From Microgenomates group bacterium (GTDB taxonomy: Bacteria; Patescibacteriota; Microgenomatia; UBA12405), in NCBI GenBank assembly GCA_049303675.1, contig JBAQNJ010000001.1, forward strand, positions 7,494 through 71,493: a DNA stretch of 64,000 nucleotides, in the 5' to 3' direction. A program made the translations under genes and the position numbers. The notes beneath the pieces are model-generated. The model searched no databases, was not told where the DNA came from, and saw nothing but the letters and a program-made list of their open reading frames with translations. Positions 9,436 to 18,424 of this stretch are shown here, piece after piece (the first letter of the stretch is position 1; each line of letters starts with the position of its first letter).

Positions 9436-9684
9436 ATGCCCAAAGTTGATGTCAACTTAGAAATCCAAAAAACGCATCCTTTTCTCGAAATATTGCATCA
9501 TGGTAAAGATGGTGATCAATTGTCATTGCTCTGTTCTCGTCGTCAAAATGGCTTTTTAGTTCGCGGCTGTAGTGCTATTTCTCAATTTGTCACAATCGAA
9601 GGTGACATTAAAAATGTTACCGGTTTTAATCCCATGGCCGAGTATGGTTGTCTTGAATGTTCTCGGGTAGGCAAACCCGCCTAA
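9436..9684 (+). CDS. questionable small Cys-rich ORF in an unusually long rplK-rplA spacer
   Basis: 82-aa ORF. The 390-nt rplK-rplA gap is atypical. Could be a small protein or a structured leader. Confidence 0.25.
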   Translation: MPKVDVNLEIQKTHPFLEILHHGKDGDQLSLLCSRRQNGFLVRGCSAISQFVTIEGDIKNVTGFNPMAEYGCLECSRVGKPA

Positions 9685-9823
9685 CAATCTACCTATACAG
9701 AATGTATCGACAAAGGTGGCCTCACTCCCCGCACAAAATAATGCTATAATCCAAAGCATTCAAAATTATTAATTTTATATCTTTATAAACTTTCTACTTT
9801 AGAAACTTTATAAACTAAAACCT

Positions 9824-10585
9824 ATGAGCAAAACCTCACAAGCCAACAAAATTGCGAAGGAAGAGTCAAAAGTAAAAAAGACTCGCAAAGCTTCTACCGA
9901 AGTAGTTGAAACAACCACTGTCGAGCCTGAAGTAAATTCCACTGAAGTTACTACTGAAACTGTCGCTGAAGGAACAAAATCAGTTCGTACTGCCCGTGTT
10001 CGCGGCAAACGCTATCAAAAAGTCCGCAAACTAGTCGACCCCAACCAACTCTATCCCCTCACCGAGGCTATAAAATTAGTCAAAGAGACTTCTCTTTCCA
10101 AATTTGATGGCAAAGTCGAAGCTCATGTTACCGTACTGGATATCGGCAATCAGGGAGAGATTGTTTTCCCCCACCTCGAAGCCAGCTCCAAAAAAATCGT
10201 TATTTTAAATGATACAGTTTTGGCCGAAATCAAAGCTGGCAAGATAGATTTTGATATCTTGGTGGCAACCCCCATCACCATGCCCAAACTTCTACCTTTT
10301 GCTAAAATTTTGGGTCCCAAGGGTCTCATGCCCAACCCTAAAACCGGTACTCTGACCGACAAACCAGAAGACGCTGTCAAAAAGTTGTCTGTTGCCAAGA
10401 CAGTTATCACTACTGAGAAAAAAGCTCCGGTAGTTCATATTGTCATTGGTAAGGTTTCCCAAGATCCAAAAGAACTTGAAGCCAATGTTGCCGAATTGAT
10501 CAAGGTAATTAAACCAATCAAGATCAAAAAATTAGCTCTCTGTGCCACCATGGGACCGAGTGTTAAGGTCATTATTGAAAAATAA
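9824..10585 (+). CDS. rplA: 50S ribosomal protein L1
   Basis: L1 family with ...FPHLEASSKKIVIL...GPKGLMPNPKTGT...CATMGPSVKV C-terminus. Confidence 0.9.
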   Translation: MSKTSQANKIAKEESKVKKTRKASTEVVETTTVEPEVNSTEVTTETVAEGTKSVRTARVRGKRYQKVRKLVDPNQLYPLTEAIKLVKETSLSKFDGKVEAHVTVLDIGNQGEIVFPHLEASSKKIVILNDTVLAEIKAGKIDFDILVATPITMPKLLPFAKILGPKGLMPNPKTGTLTDKPEDAVKKLSVAKTVITTEKKAPVVHIVIGKVSQDPKELEANVAELIKVIKPIKIKKLALCATMGPSVKVIIEK

Positions 10586-10592
10586 AGTGGTC

Positions 10593-10613
10593 ATTCCCGA
10601 TCTAGTCGGGAAT
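10593..10613. repeat. ATTCCC-N9-GGGAAT hairpin element
   Basis: tcATTCCCgatctagtcGGGAATc directly after the rplA stop. Same family as the composite element at 23852-23913. Confidence 0.6.
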
Positions 10614-10624
10614 CTATTCAATTT

Positions 10625-10652
10625 GTAGAGACGCCATATATGGCGTCTCTAC
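10625..10652. repeat. REP-like 28-bp perfect palindrome GTAGAGACG-N10-CGTCTCTAC
   Basis: gtagagacgccatatatggcgtctctac. The arms are identical to the copies at 2131-2158 and 3643-3670. Confidence 0.8.
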
Positions 10653-10707
10653 TTGTTCACTAAAAGATTTTTAACTCAATCTATAGATTTACTTTTTTAT
10701 ATTATAG

Positions 10708-11040
10708 GTATATAATATATTTATTAGTAAAAATATTGTTGTTGAATTTCGCTCCAAAACTCAAGATGACAGACTCCTTGCAAAGGGGAAAATTAATAAA
10801 AATCTTCCAGATATTCGGGGACAAATAACGGATGTTACATACACTGGTACAGCCCTTGAAGAAGCACCCTTAATAAGAACAGTCGGTGCATGCAACGCTT
10901 CCATCATCGATTCAGGTAAAAGTGGGCCTAAGGTAACTATTGATGGATCCGATTACATATCAGAGCTAATGGCTCAACTAAATGGTGAACATATACCGAA
11001 TACTAATATTATTAAGGTGGTAATAAAGAGAGAGGGCTAA
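10708..11040 (+). pseudogene. ORF-like segment without a canonical start codon (possible gene fragment)
   Basis: 110 sense codons open from a TAG to a TAA. No ATG/GTG/TTG appears until near the end. Lies inside the block bounded by the duplicated rplA 3' end. Confidence 0.25.
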
Positions 11041-11063
11041 CTCCTTAACTTTCAAAACTGGCC

Positions 11064-11110
11064 CTCTGTGCCACCATGGGACCGAGTGTTAAAGTTGAGG
11101 TTATAAAATA
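11064..11110 (+). repeat. duplicated copy of the rplA 3' end (29/29 nt identical plus a diverged tail and stop)
   Basis: ctctgtgccaccatgggaccgagtgttaa recurs from 10539-10567 and is again followed by an in-frame stop about 19 nt later. Confidence 0.8.
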
Positions 11111-11111
11111 A

Positions 11112-11336
11112 TCATTCCTCAGGCAAATCAACCCGTCTAAATGGCGGGTTTTTTGTGATATCAATCTGTACTTTTCTCCCCAGAATCTCAAATGCACCAG
11201 CATTATATTTAAGAAATTCTTGCGCATCTAATCCATCATTTTCCCAACGACGGTTCAACTCTCTAATGGTCCCATCCATTCTCTCCACTTGTCTCATTTT
11301 TCTTGAAGCATCCAGTTTACTAATTTTTTTTGCCAT
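11112..11336 (-). CDS. hypothetical small protein (74 aa)
   Basis: Intact ORF abutting the duplicated rplA segment. Confidence 0.4.
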   Translation of the reverse strand: MAKKISKLDASRKMRQVERMDGTIRELNRRWENDGLDAQEFLKYNAGAFEILGRKVQIDITKNPPFRRVDLPEE

Positions 11337-11415
11337 ATCCTATATTATAGCAAACCACCTACCAATTGCACAGGCTTGTCCTATTTGTTATCATCAAAAT
11401 CTATTTACTCACTCC

Positions 11416-12786
11416 ATGTCCAAGTCAAACAAAATTCTACACTGTGGAATCGACTTTGGAACTACCAACTCCTCCCTCGCCATCTCCACCTTCGGAACAC
11501 CATCAATAGTACCTATAGACAGGCAGAATACCAACATTGGTGTCTTACGTTCCCTGATATATCTCAACCCTCTACATCAACAATCAGTTGGTTATGAGGC
11601 CATCAATCGCTATTTGAGTGATCTGACCACCCTTCCCTCAGTTCCCCTCCGTCAGGAATTAACTGGCCGACTTATCAAAACTTTTGGACCATCAGGCTCT
11701 AGTGGTGCCGGTCCTGTTATTTGGGTTCCTGAAGTTGTTGAAATCGACGACAGCGGTCGTGGTCGCCTACTCCAATCCCTCAAATCTGTTCTCACTAGTT
11801 CTGTTTTTAAGGGTACTATCATTTTTGGTAAATTTTATACTCTGATAGATCTTCTCACTATCCTCATGAAAGAAATCAAAACTCGCGCCGAAGCTGAAAT
11901 TGGTCATGAGCTGACATCAGCGGTCATCGGTCGACCGGTAAAGTACGTGGGTAAAGAAGAAAATAGTCTCGCCCTCGAGCGGATGCAACAAATCGCTAAA
12001 AATTCCGGATTCAAACATATCGAATTCGAGTACGAGCCTGTTGGTGCCGCTTTAAATTATGCTAAACAAATAAAAACACCTCAAAATATATTGGTTTTTG
12101 ACTTTGGTGGTGGCACTCTCGACATTTGTATTATGCGCCTACCTTCTCAGGAAATTATTGCCGTCTCTGGACGAGGTATCGGTGGTGATCTACTCGACTC
12201 TCAAATAGCCAAAGCATATTTACTCCACCATTTTGGCTCCACTGCGATAATCAATAACAAAATAAATATGCCCAAACACTTCTTTGCTGGATTTAACAGT
12301 TGGTACGAGACCACCCTCCAAAAAACCATCAAAAACATCGACAGCTTGCGCCAATTATCGATACAATCTGACCAACCAGAAAAAATCCACAATCTAATTT
12401 CTCTCATCAATCATGATTACGGATTCGAGTTTTTCCGAACTGTTGACGAAGCCAAAATCGCACTGAGTGACTTTGATACATTTAATTTTGATTTCAGCCG
12501 TCCTCAATTATCAATCCAACAACCACTTACCCGCTCTGGCTTCGAAGAATCCATTATCAACGAACTCGAAGAATCACAAAAGTGTATCTACGAATCCCTT
12601 ACCCAAGCCGGACTCAAACCAAATCAAATAGACAAAGTTATTCTCACTGGTGGCTCTTCCCAAATCCCTGTCTTTATTCATCTGATATCTGACATCTTCT
12701 CATCTGACAAACTTATAGTCTCTGACCATTTTACCTCCGTCGCCGCCGGTCTCGCCCTTCGGGCAGAAAAGCTGTTCTCTTGCTAA
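11416..12786 (+). CDS. Hsp70-family actin-like ATPase (nucleotide-binding domain only, YegD-like)
   Basis: ILHCGIDFGTTNS (phosphate-1), VFDFGGGTLD (phosphate-2) and LTGGSSQIP (adenosine motif). Approx. 456 aa, without an Hsp70 substrate-binding domain. Start set at the internal ATG before MSKSNK. Confidence 0.7.
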   Translation: MSKSNKILHCGIDFGTTNSSLAISTFGTPSIVPIDRQNTNIGVLRSLIYLNPLHQQSVGYEAINRYLSDLTTLPSVPLRQELTGRLIKTFGPSGSSGAGPVIWVPEVVEIDDSGRGRLLQSLKSVLTSSVFKGTIIFGKFYTLIDLLTILMKEIKTRAEAEIGHELTSAVIGRPVKYVGKEENSLALERMQQIAKNSGFKHIEFEYEPVGAALNYAKQIKTPQNILVFDFGGGTLDICIMRLPSQEIIAVSGRGIGGDLLDSQIAKAYLLHHFGSTAIINNKINMPKHFFAGFNSWYETTLQKTIKNIDSLRQLSIQSDQPEKIHNLISLINHDYGFEFFRTVDEAKIALSDFDTFNFDFSRPQLSIQQPLTRSGFEESIINELEESQKCIYESLTQAGLKPNQIDKVILTGGSSQIPVFIHLISDIFSSDKLIVSDHFTSVAAGLALRAEKLFSC

Positions 12787-12796
12787 AATATACCTA

Positions 12797-13465
12797 GTGA
12801 AAAAACAAAATGTCATCTTGATTCATGGTTGGGGCACTACCTGGCAGTCACTCTACCCCCTATTCGCTGGATTAAAAGACAAATACGATGTATTTACTCC
12901 TAATTTACCTTATCCCACAAATAAAGTTTTAACTCTAGACGATTACTGTCAATTTATTTTGGATTTTATCTCTCAAAATAAAATAGACAAACCAATTTTA
13001 ATTGGCCACTCACTAGGTGGTGCAATTAGTACCAAAATTGCCACTAACCACCCTAAATTAATTTCCAAAATTATTCTCCTGTCTGCTGCCAGCGTCCGCC
13101 ACGAACTCCCACCCTATATTAAATTTTTTCAAAAATTTGGCAAACTTCTTCACCCTTTTCGTCAGCAGATATTAAAACTAATGAAACTCGATGCCTCGGA
13201 TTATATCGTCCTCAAAACTGAAATTGAAAAACAAACTTTCCGCAACTTAATTCACGCCGACCAAAGAGAATCATTATCCTCAATCCATATTCCTACATTA
13301 ATTCTCTGGGGAGACAACGACCAATCAACCCCTCTCTCCGATGGTCAACTAATTCACCAACTAATTCACCAATCTACTTTTAAATCTTATCCAAATACAG
13401 GCCATTTTTTTTACTTAACTTATCCAAATGACGTCATCCAAGATATAATTAAATTCATCAAATGA
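12797..13465 (+). CDS. alpha/beta-fold hydrolase
   Basis: VILIHGWG oxyanion region and GHSLGG nucleophile elbow. GTG start. Confidence 0.75.
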   Translation: MKKQNVILIHGWGTTWQSLYPLFAGLKDKYDVFTPNLPYPTNKVLTLDDYCQFILDFISQNKIDKPILIGHSLGGAISTKIATNHPKLISKIILLSAASVRHELPPYIKFFQKFGKLLHPFRQQILKLMKLDASDYIVLKTEIEKQTFRNLIHADQRESLSSIHIPTLILWGDNDQSTPLSDGQLIHQLIHQSTFKSYPNTGHFFYLTYPNDVIQDIIKFIK

Positions 13466-14643
13466 CACTTAAAAGTTTTCTCTATCTAACCCAACTCGAA
13501 GAATATAATGTCCCTCGTATTAAAAGATGGCTAGCCCAAAATCCCCACCGTGAAGTCAAAGAAATAAAACAAAAACTAATCTGGACCACCAAAATAAAGT
13601 TTTTAAATATTATCGCCAAGATATTATTTTTTCTGGCTCCCCCTGTTTCCATCTCCATCGGAATCTACCTACTGGCTCCTCTTGATTTCATATTAAAATA
13701 TTTGATTGTTCTCGTTGCTTATATTAAATTAAGAATTTTTCACCGACGATTGACCATTGTCGCTATCACCGGATCTTGGGGCAAGACCACCACCAAAGAC
13801 ACATTACTCGATCTAATTAAGTCAAAATACATCGCTTTTGCCACTACTGCCAATCACAATACCCTACTTGGAGTTTGTCAGGACATTATTAGCCTACCTC
13901 TCAACTCTCAATTTTTTATTGCCGAAATTGGCGCTTATTACTCGGGCGATATTCGCCAAGTCGCCAAAATTCTACGTCCAAAATACGCCATTATCACTGC
14001 CATTGGACCGATGCATCTCGAGCGCTTTGGCACTATTGAAAAAATAATTGATACTAAGATGGAACTCCCTCAAACCATCACCCAAGATGGTTGGATATTT
14101 ATTCCGGATGAGATAAAACAAAAGATATTTCACATTCGCCTAAATTCCAAAAACATCCTGTTTTTCAACAAAATCAATGATGTTTATCAACAAATAACCC
14201 AACTGCTAAACATCTCCGACTACAAGAATATAGTTTCCAGCCATCCGCCATCTGACCACCGCCTCCAAATCAGTACCAATAATGGTATCACCATCATTGA
14301 CGACACTTATAATAGTAACCCAGCCGGCTTTGAGCGAGCCCTGACAAAACTTGCAGAATACAAATCTACCAACAAAATACTGATTACTCCTGGAATGATC
14401 GAATTAGGTAACCTGCAGGAAATGGAAAACACTCGTCTGATCAAAATGGCCAGCAAAATCTGTCAACACATAGTAGTAGTTGGTCAAACTAACAAAAAGT
14501 CATTACTTGACGGTTTAAGGAACACTAAATCAAAAATACATCTAGTCAATCAAACCTCCGACACTCTAAGGTTACTACCCACTATTACTACAAATGGGGC
14601 CGTTGTCCTCTTTGAAAACGACCTCCCCGACCACTATCTCTGA
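13462..14643 (+). CDS. murF: Mur ligase family protein (MurF-like) with N-terminal TM segments
   Basis: ITGSWGKTTTKD P-loop and DDTYNSNP motif of MurF/Mur ligases. The N-terminal 90 aa are hydrophobic instead of the usual N-terminal domain. Confidence 0.65.
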   Translation: MTLKSFLYLTQLEEYNVPRIKRWLAQNPHREVKEIKQKLIWTTKIKFLNIIAKILFFLAPPVSISIGIYLLAPLDFILKYLIVLVAYIKLRIFHRRLTIVAITGSWGKTTTKDTLLDLIKSKYIAFATTANHNTLLGVCQDIISLPLNSQFFIAEIGAYYSGDIRQVAKILRPKYAIITAIGPMHLERFGTIEKIIDTKMELPQTITQDGWIFIPDEIKQKIFHIRLNSKNILFFNKINDVYQQITQLLNISDYKNIVSSHPPSDHRLQISTNNGITIIDDTYNSNPAGFERALTKLAEYKSTNKILITPGMIELGNLQEMENTRLIKMASKICQHIVVVGQTNKKSLLDGLRNTKSKIHLVNQTSDTLRLLPTITTNGAVVLFENDLPDHYL

Positions 14644-15797
14644 AATTTTGCCCCGCCACTACTAGTTTTCAATAGTTTTGTATCAAAACTTCTTTGCAAT
14701 TTGTTCATTTTGGCATGTCTTTCAAATCCCAAAGCGATTAATTTATCCACCACTTGAGCATAGGTATACCCCGATTTTTCCCAAATATAAAAAGATAATC
14801 CTCCCGGTAGCGTATTTATTTCATTGATATAGACAATTTCCCTTTTTATATCCACCAAAAAATCAATGCGAGATAGTCCTGCTGCTCCGATCGCTCGAAA
14901 AGCCATCTTGGCATAATTTTGAATCTTGTCTCTCAATCTATCTGGTATTGGCGCCGGCAATAATCTAGCCAGTCCCGCCATCCCTTTAGTCTTGCCTCCG
15001 AGCAGGTACTTTTCCTCATAGGTCAATACCTTATCTGTCTTAATCGGCTGCTCACACACCGATACTTCCAATTCATCCACTCCCATCACCGAGCAATTTA
15101 TCTCGTCTATGCCCACCAATCCCTCTTCAATTAATATCTTCCGATCAAACTCCTTGGCCACCTCGACAGCCCACTCTAATTCGACCCTATCTTTAGCAAA
15201 ATTTATGCCCACACTCGATCCCAAATTCGCCGGCTTGACACACATCGGATAACCCAAATTTTTTTCCAATTTTGTTACCAGTTCTTCCTTTCTATCACTC
15301 CACTCCCAGTCCATAAACCACTCATATCTGACAATTGGTATTCCCTCTTTTTCAAACACCGCTTTTTGCATGACCTTGTCCATCCCCACTGCTGCCGCTC
15401 CCACTCCACAACCAACATAGGGTATCCCCGTCATTTCCAACAATCCCTGCAGAGTCCCGTCTTCACCATATGTCCCATGGAGTGCCGGAAAAACAATGTC
15501 TATTTCTGATGGCATGCCCTGACCCGACTCCATCAACACCAAACTTTTCTGACCCACCACTGCCGGCAACATACACTCCACCAATTTATTTTTGGCTACC
15601 AATTCCAAATTCATAAATGATTCCAATTTGTCTAAATCTTTGCCAGTGTTCCACCTACCCTGTTTATCGATATAAATTGGCACTGCTTCGTACTTTTCTT
15701 TATCCATGGCCGCAAACACTTCCATCGCCGTCACAATTGATACCTCATGTTCTACTGATCGACTACCAAAAAGTACCGCCACCTTTATTTTTTTCAT
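14634..15797 (-). CDS. ddl: D-alanine--D-alanine ligase (ATP-grasp)
   Basis: MKKIKVAVLFGSRSVEHEVSIVTA N-terminus typical of Ddl. ATP-grasp body, 387 aa. Confidence 0.8.
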   Translation of the reverse strand: MKKIKVAVLFGSRSVEHEVSIVTAMEVFAAMDKEKYEAVPIYIDKQGRWNTGKDLDKLESFMNLELVAKNKLVECMLPAVVGQKSLVLMESGQGMPSEIDIVFPALHGTYGEDGTLQGLLEMTGIPYVGCGVGAAAVGMDKVMQKAVFEKEGIPIVRYEWFMDWEWSDRKEELVTKLEKNLGYPMCVKPANLGSSVGINFAKDRVELEWAVEVAKEFDRKILIEEGLVGIDEINCSVMGVDELEVSVCEQPIKTDKVLTYEEKYLLGGKTKGMAGLARLLPAPIPDRLRDKIQNYAKMAFRAIGAAGLSRIDFLVDIKREIVYINEINTLPGGLSFYIWEKSGYTYAQVVDKLIALGFERHAKMNKLQRSFDTKLLKTSSGGAKFQR

Positions 15798-15831
15798 AGT
15801 CTATTTTAACATCACTGGGAAATATCAGATT

Positions 15832-16050
15832 CTACGAATTAGCCTCAACAATTTCCATGTAGTGAACTGCTCTATCAAGTGATTTTCTAACTTTACCTAC
15901 CGAGACACCCTCTCCTCTGGCAACTTCTCGCACCGTCAAATCCTTTAATGCAAACAGGGTTGCCCGTCTGGCCTGATATTCTGGTAACAACATACCTAGT
16001 CGCCCTGCCGAAAATTTCCCCAATAGTTCTTTTTGATCTTTTATATTCAT
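15832..16050 (-). CDS. small sigma-70 region-4-like HTH protein (YlxM/UPF0122-like)
   Basis: Approx. 72 aa with ...LKDLTVREVARGEGVSVGKVRKSLDRA... HTH. Start set at the internal ATG (MNIKDQ). Confidence 0.45.
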   Translation of the reverse strand: MNIKDQKELLGKFSAGRLGMLLPEYQARRATLFALKDLTVREVARGEGVSVGKVRKSLDRAVHYMEIVEANS

Positions 16051-16064
16051 CACCAATATTATCA

Positions 16065-16643
16065 CTATTTTCTTACAATATCCAAAATCTCTTCCACCCT
16101 CTCCACCACCCAATCCGCCCCTGCATCAATCAGCGATTGTTTATGATTGAATCCCCAGCTAACTGCAATAATTTTTACACCCACTTTTTTGCATGCCTCT
16201 ACATCTCGCACTTCATCCCCCACATAGAAATCAATTTTCATTTTTTTGAGTATCTTTTCTTTACTTACCATGACACTGGCTGTTTCCAAAAAATCAACCT
16301 CTATCTGCCATTTGTTTAGCCATTTATTTATATTTTCAGCTGTATTTTTCGACAATATTCCTACTTTTATACCCTCAGTCCTCAAATCATTTATTAAATC
16401 CTTAATTCCCCCAAAGGGTCTGGCCTTCGCCACTATTTTGTATTGACCTTTTTGGACTAATCCCACAGTCCTAATCACCTCAAACATTGACGGTTTTAGA
16501 CTCGCCAGTGCCTTTTTGGCGCCACCTACTCGATATAGCTCAACATGTTCAGCCGTCAGTTCTGGATGAATTTCTCTTAGCAACCCAATCGTCTGCTCCC
16601 ATGTATCTGCCAATGTTCCATCAAAATCGAAAACAACTTGCAT
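16065..16643 (-). CDS. HAD-superfamily hydrolase (phosphatase)
   Basis: Motif I VVFDFDGTLADT at the N-terminus. Later K...GDEVRDVEA motif III/IV region. Confidence 0.8.
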   Translation of the reverse strand: MQVVFDFDGTLADTWEQTIGLLREIHPELTAEHVELYRVGGAKKALASLKPSMFEVIRTVGLVQKGQYKIVAKARPFGGIKDLINDLRTEGIKVGILSKNTAENINKWLNKWQIEVDFLETASVMVSKEKILKKMKIDFYVGDEVRDVEACKKVGVKIIAVSWGFNHKQSLIDAGADWVVERVEEILDIVRK

Positions 16644-17215
16644 TACTGGCTCTTAAATTCCTTGTTATTCTTCATTTCCTTCTCGATTAAGTTTCTCAAA
16701 AACACTGATCGAGGTATCATTCTCTTTTGCGCTACCCAATCCAAATAAGCCAAAATTTTGGGGCTAACAAAAAAATTAAACCGGACATCCATACTTTTCC
16801 CAGCTTCTTCAAGAGTCCTTGACAAAACATTTTCTAAATTATCCTTATGATATTCAACCCACCAAACTTTTTCGTGTTCGATTCCTTTAAACAAAATTGG
16901 TTCATGATCTTTGGTGTACAGTACAACTACCGGTTTCCCCTTCTGCATTGCTAGGGTAATTTCATGGCCGATATGCAAAGTTGATGGATATGATGCTTCA
17001 AACACGCAAAAATCAGCTTTATCTAAATTTTTAGACATTCCCCTGTACAGTTTTTTTCTATCATCGTCAGGCATGTCAAAACCACTAGGTGATGCCTGAA
17101 ACATAGTATTATCTAATACTTCAAAATTACTATGTTTGAGAACTTTCAAAATCTTACTATAGTTATCCGAATATTGTTCTTTGTATAGCCTTGACGCTGA
17201 AAAATATATCTTCAC
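16643..17215 (-). CDS. nucleoside 2-deoxyribosyltransferase-like protein (tentative)
   Basis: Begins MKIYFSAS..., approx. 190 aa Rossmann-like. The assignment is a pattern guess only. Confidence 0.3.
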   Translation of the reverse strand: MKIYFSASRLYKEQYSDNYSKILKVLKHSNFEVLDNTMFQASPSGFDMPDDDRKKLYRGMSKNLDKADFCVFEASYPSTLHIGHEITLAMQKGKPVVVLYTKDHEPILFKGIEHEKVWWVEYHKDNLENVLSRTLEEAGKSMDVRFNFFVSPKILAYLDWVAQKRMIPRSVFLRNLIEKEMKNNKEFKSQ

Positions 17216-17255
17216 GACATATTATCTCAGAAAAAATCTAAAAATCAAAATATCA

Positions 17256-17795
17256 TTACTTTTTTCCTATCTGTAACTCTCCTAGCTCTTTTTTGGATTT
17301 TATTACTATTAATTTATTCCGGTAATTCCGCAAAGTATCTTCACATTTTCTAATAAAAAAACTGGTTTCACTATTGAAGTTTTTCCAAGTCTCTTTTCCA
17401 AAATATTGACCCAATATCCATCTGGATAATATAAGGTTATTGTGAACACCATAAACATCTCTTTGGTTTTTATCAGTAAAGTATCTTTTCCACTGCCAAA
17501 TTAGAGGTATCGACAGTGGTAAATTAATGAATACTATTACTTCTGCTTCATTCAAAATATTTTCTAGCAGATAAGAGCCTTCAATTATCCAATCCTTATT
17601 GTTTTCCAGTATCTTTCTGATTTTGTTTTTATAATTTTTTTCAGATCTGTATCTAAAAATTTTTGTTTTAATCAGGTAATCACGATCGATAAATACCATG
17701 TCCAAATCAAAATGAGGTATTCTTTCTTTATACGAAATAGAATTAGCAACCGTTGATTTACCAACGCAAGATGGACCAATAATGTATATTTTCAT
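17256..17795 (-). CDS. P-loop NTPase (adenylate/nucleoside kinase-like)
   Basis: MKIYIIGPSCVGKSTVA Walker A immediately after the chosen start. Approx. 180 aa. Confidence 0.65.
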   Translation of the reverse strand: MKIYIIGPSCVGKSTVANSISYKERIPHFDLDMVFIDRDYLIKTKIFRYRSEKNYKNKIRKILENNKDWIIEGSYLLENILNEAEVIVFINLPLSIPLIWQWKRYFTDKNQRDVYGVHNNLILSRWILGQYFGKETWKNFNSETSFFIRKCEDTLRNYRNKLIVIKSKKELGELQIGKK

Positions 17796-17959
17796 ATTTA
17801 ATCCAGTTATTATACCCCCAAACATATCATTATCAACCATCATTCGTCCAAAAATATGCTACCTGTTAATGACTAGACAGACCAACCCATCGTCATTAGA
17901 ATTTCTCTAATCTAAAGCAATATTGTCCAATTTCATCCTGTTGAATCTATTCACGGTGA

Positions 17960-18217
17960 ATGATACAATTTGCTATGTATCGGTTACGCATAACAGAAGT
18001 CTCTCCATTACTAGATGGAGCTTGGGTAGTAACATCACAGAGTCGTGACGGAAAAAAGGTCACTCAGATTATTGGTGATCAATCACTTTTCGAAATATTG
18101 TACTCACGCACAAGACCTTCTCACCCCAAAGACGAGAGTAAAGATTCGAGTGAGCTACCACAATATCAAAACGCTCAAGAAGATGTGCAAATGCGATTTG
18201 GAGTCGTTGGATTATAA
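17960..18217 (+). CDS. possible leaderless small protein (85 aa)
   Basis: TTGAAT-17-TACAAT promoter-like pair at 17926-17953, with the ATG 6 nt after the -10. Protein-like composition. Confidence 0.3.
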   Translation: MIQFAMYRLRITEVSPLLDGAWVVTSQSRDGKKVTQIIGDQSLFEILYSRTRPSHPKDESKDSSELPQYQNAQEDVQMRFGVVGL

Positions 18218-18424
18218 TCAAAGCTTTCAGAATAATTATTGTCTCTGTATAATTTTCTTATGGACACTATTCGTCCTTTTGTTATCATCGGTTTCCCCAA
18301 TGGCACCCAAATTGGCCCCAGATTATTGATGCCCAAGGAAGTTTCTTTTCTGATTAGCGAACACAAAACAGATGGCTCTCCTCAGATTAATCGATATAGT
18401 TTATCTCAGTTGCTTGATCAGCAT

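Noticed and set aside
9436-9684. A group I/II intron or intein accounting for the long rplK-rplA spacer and the rplA 3' duplication.
   Set aside because: No intron-like conserved structure or intein splicing motifs (C/S...HN) were recognised. The duplication lies after the stop codon and not within the ORF.
2131-10652. The palindromes contain paired outward-facing CGTCTC (BsmBI/Esp3I) sites plus SphI/AsiSI-like centres, which could suggest an engineered Golden-Gate cassette.
   Set aside because: Three copies have different centres. One lies in-frame inside an essential gene. The GTAG-headed arms fit natural REP-like elements. No vector backbone or synthetic features are nearby.
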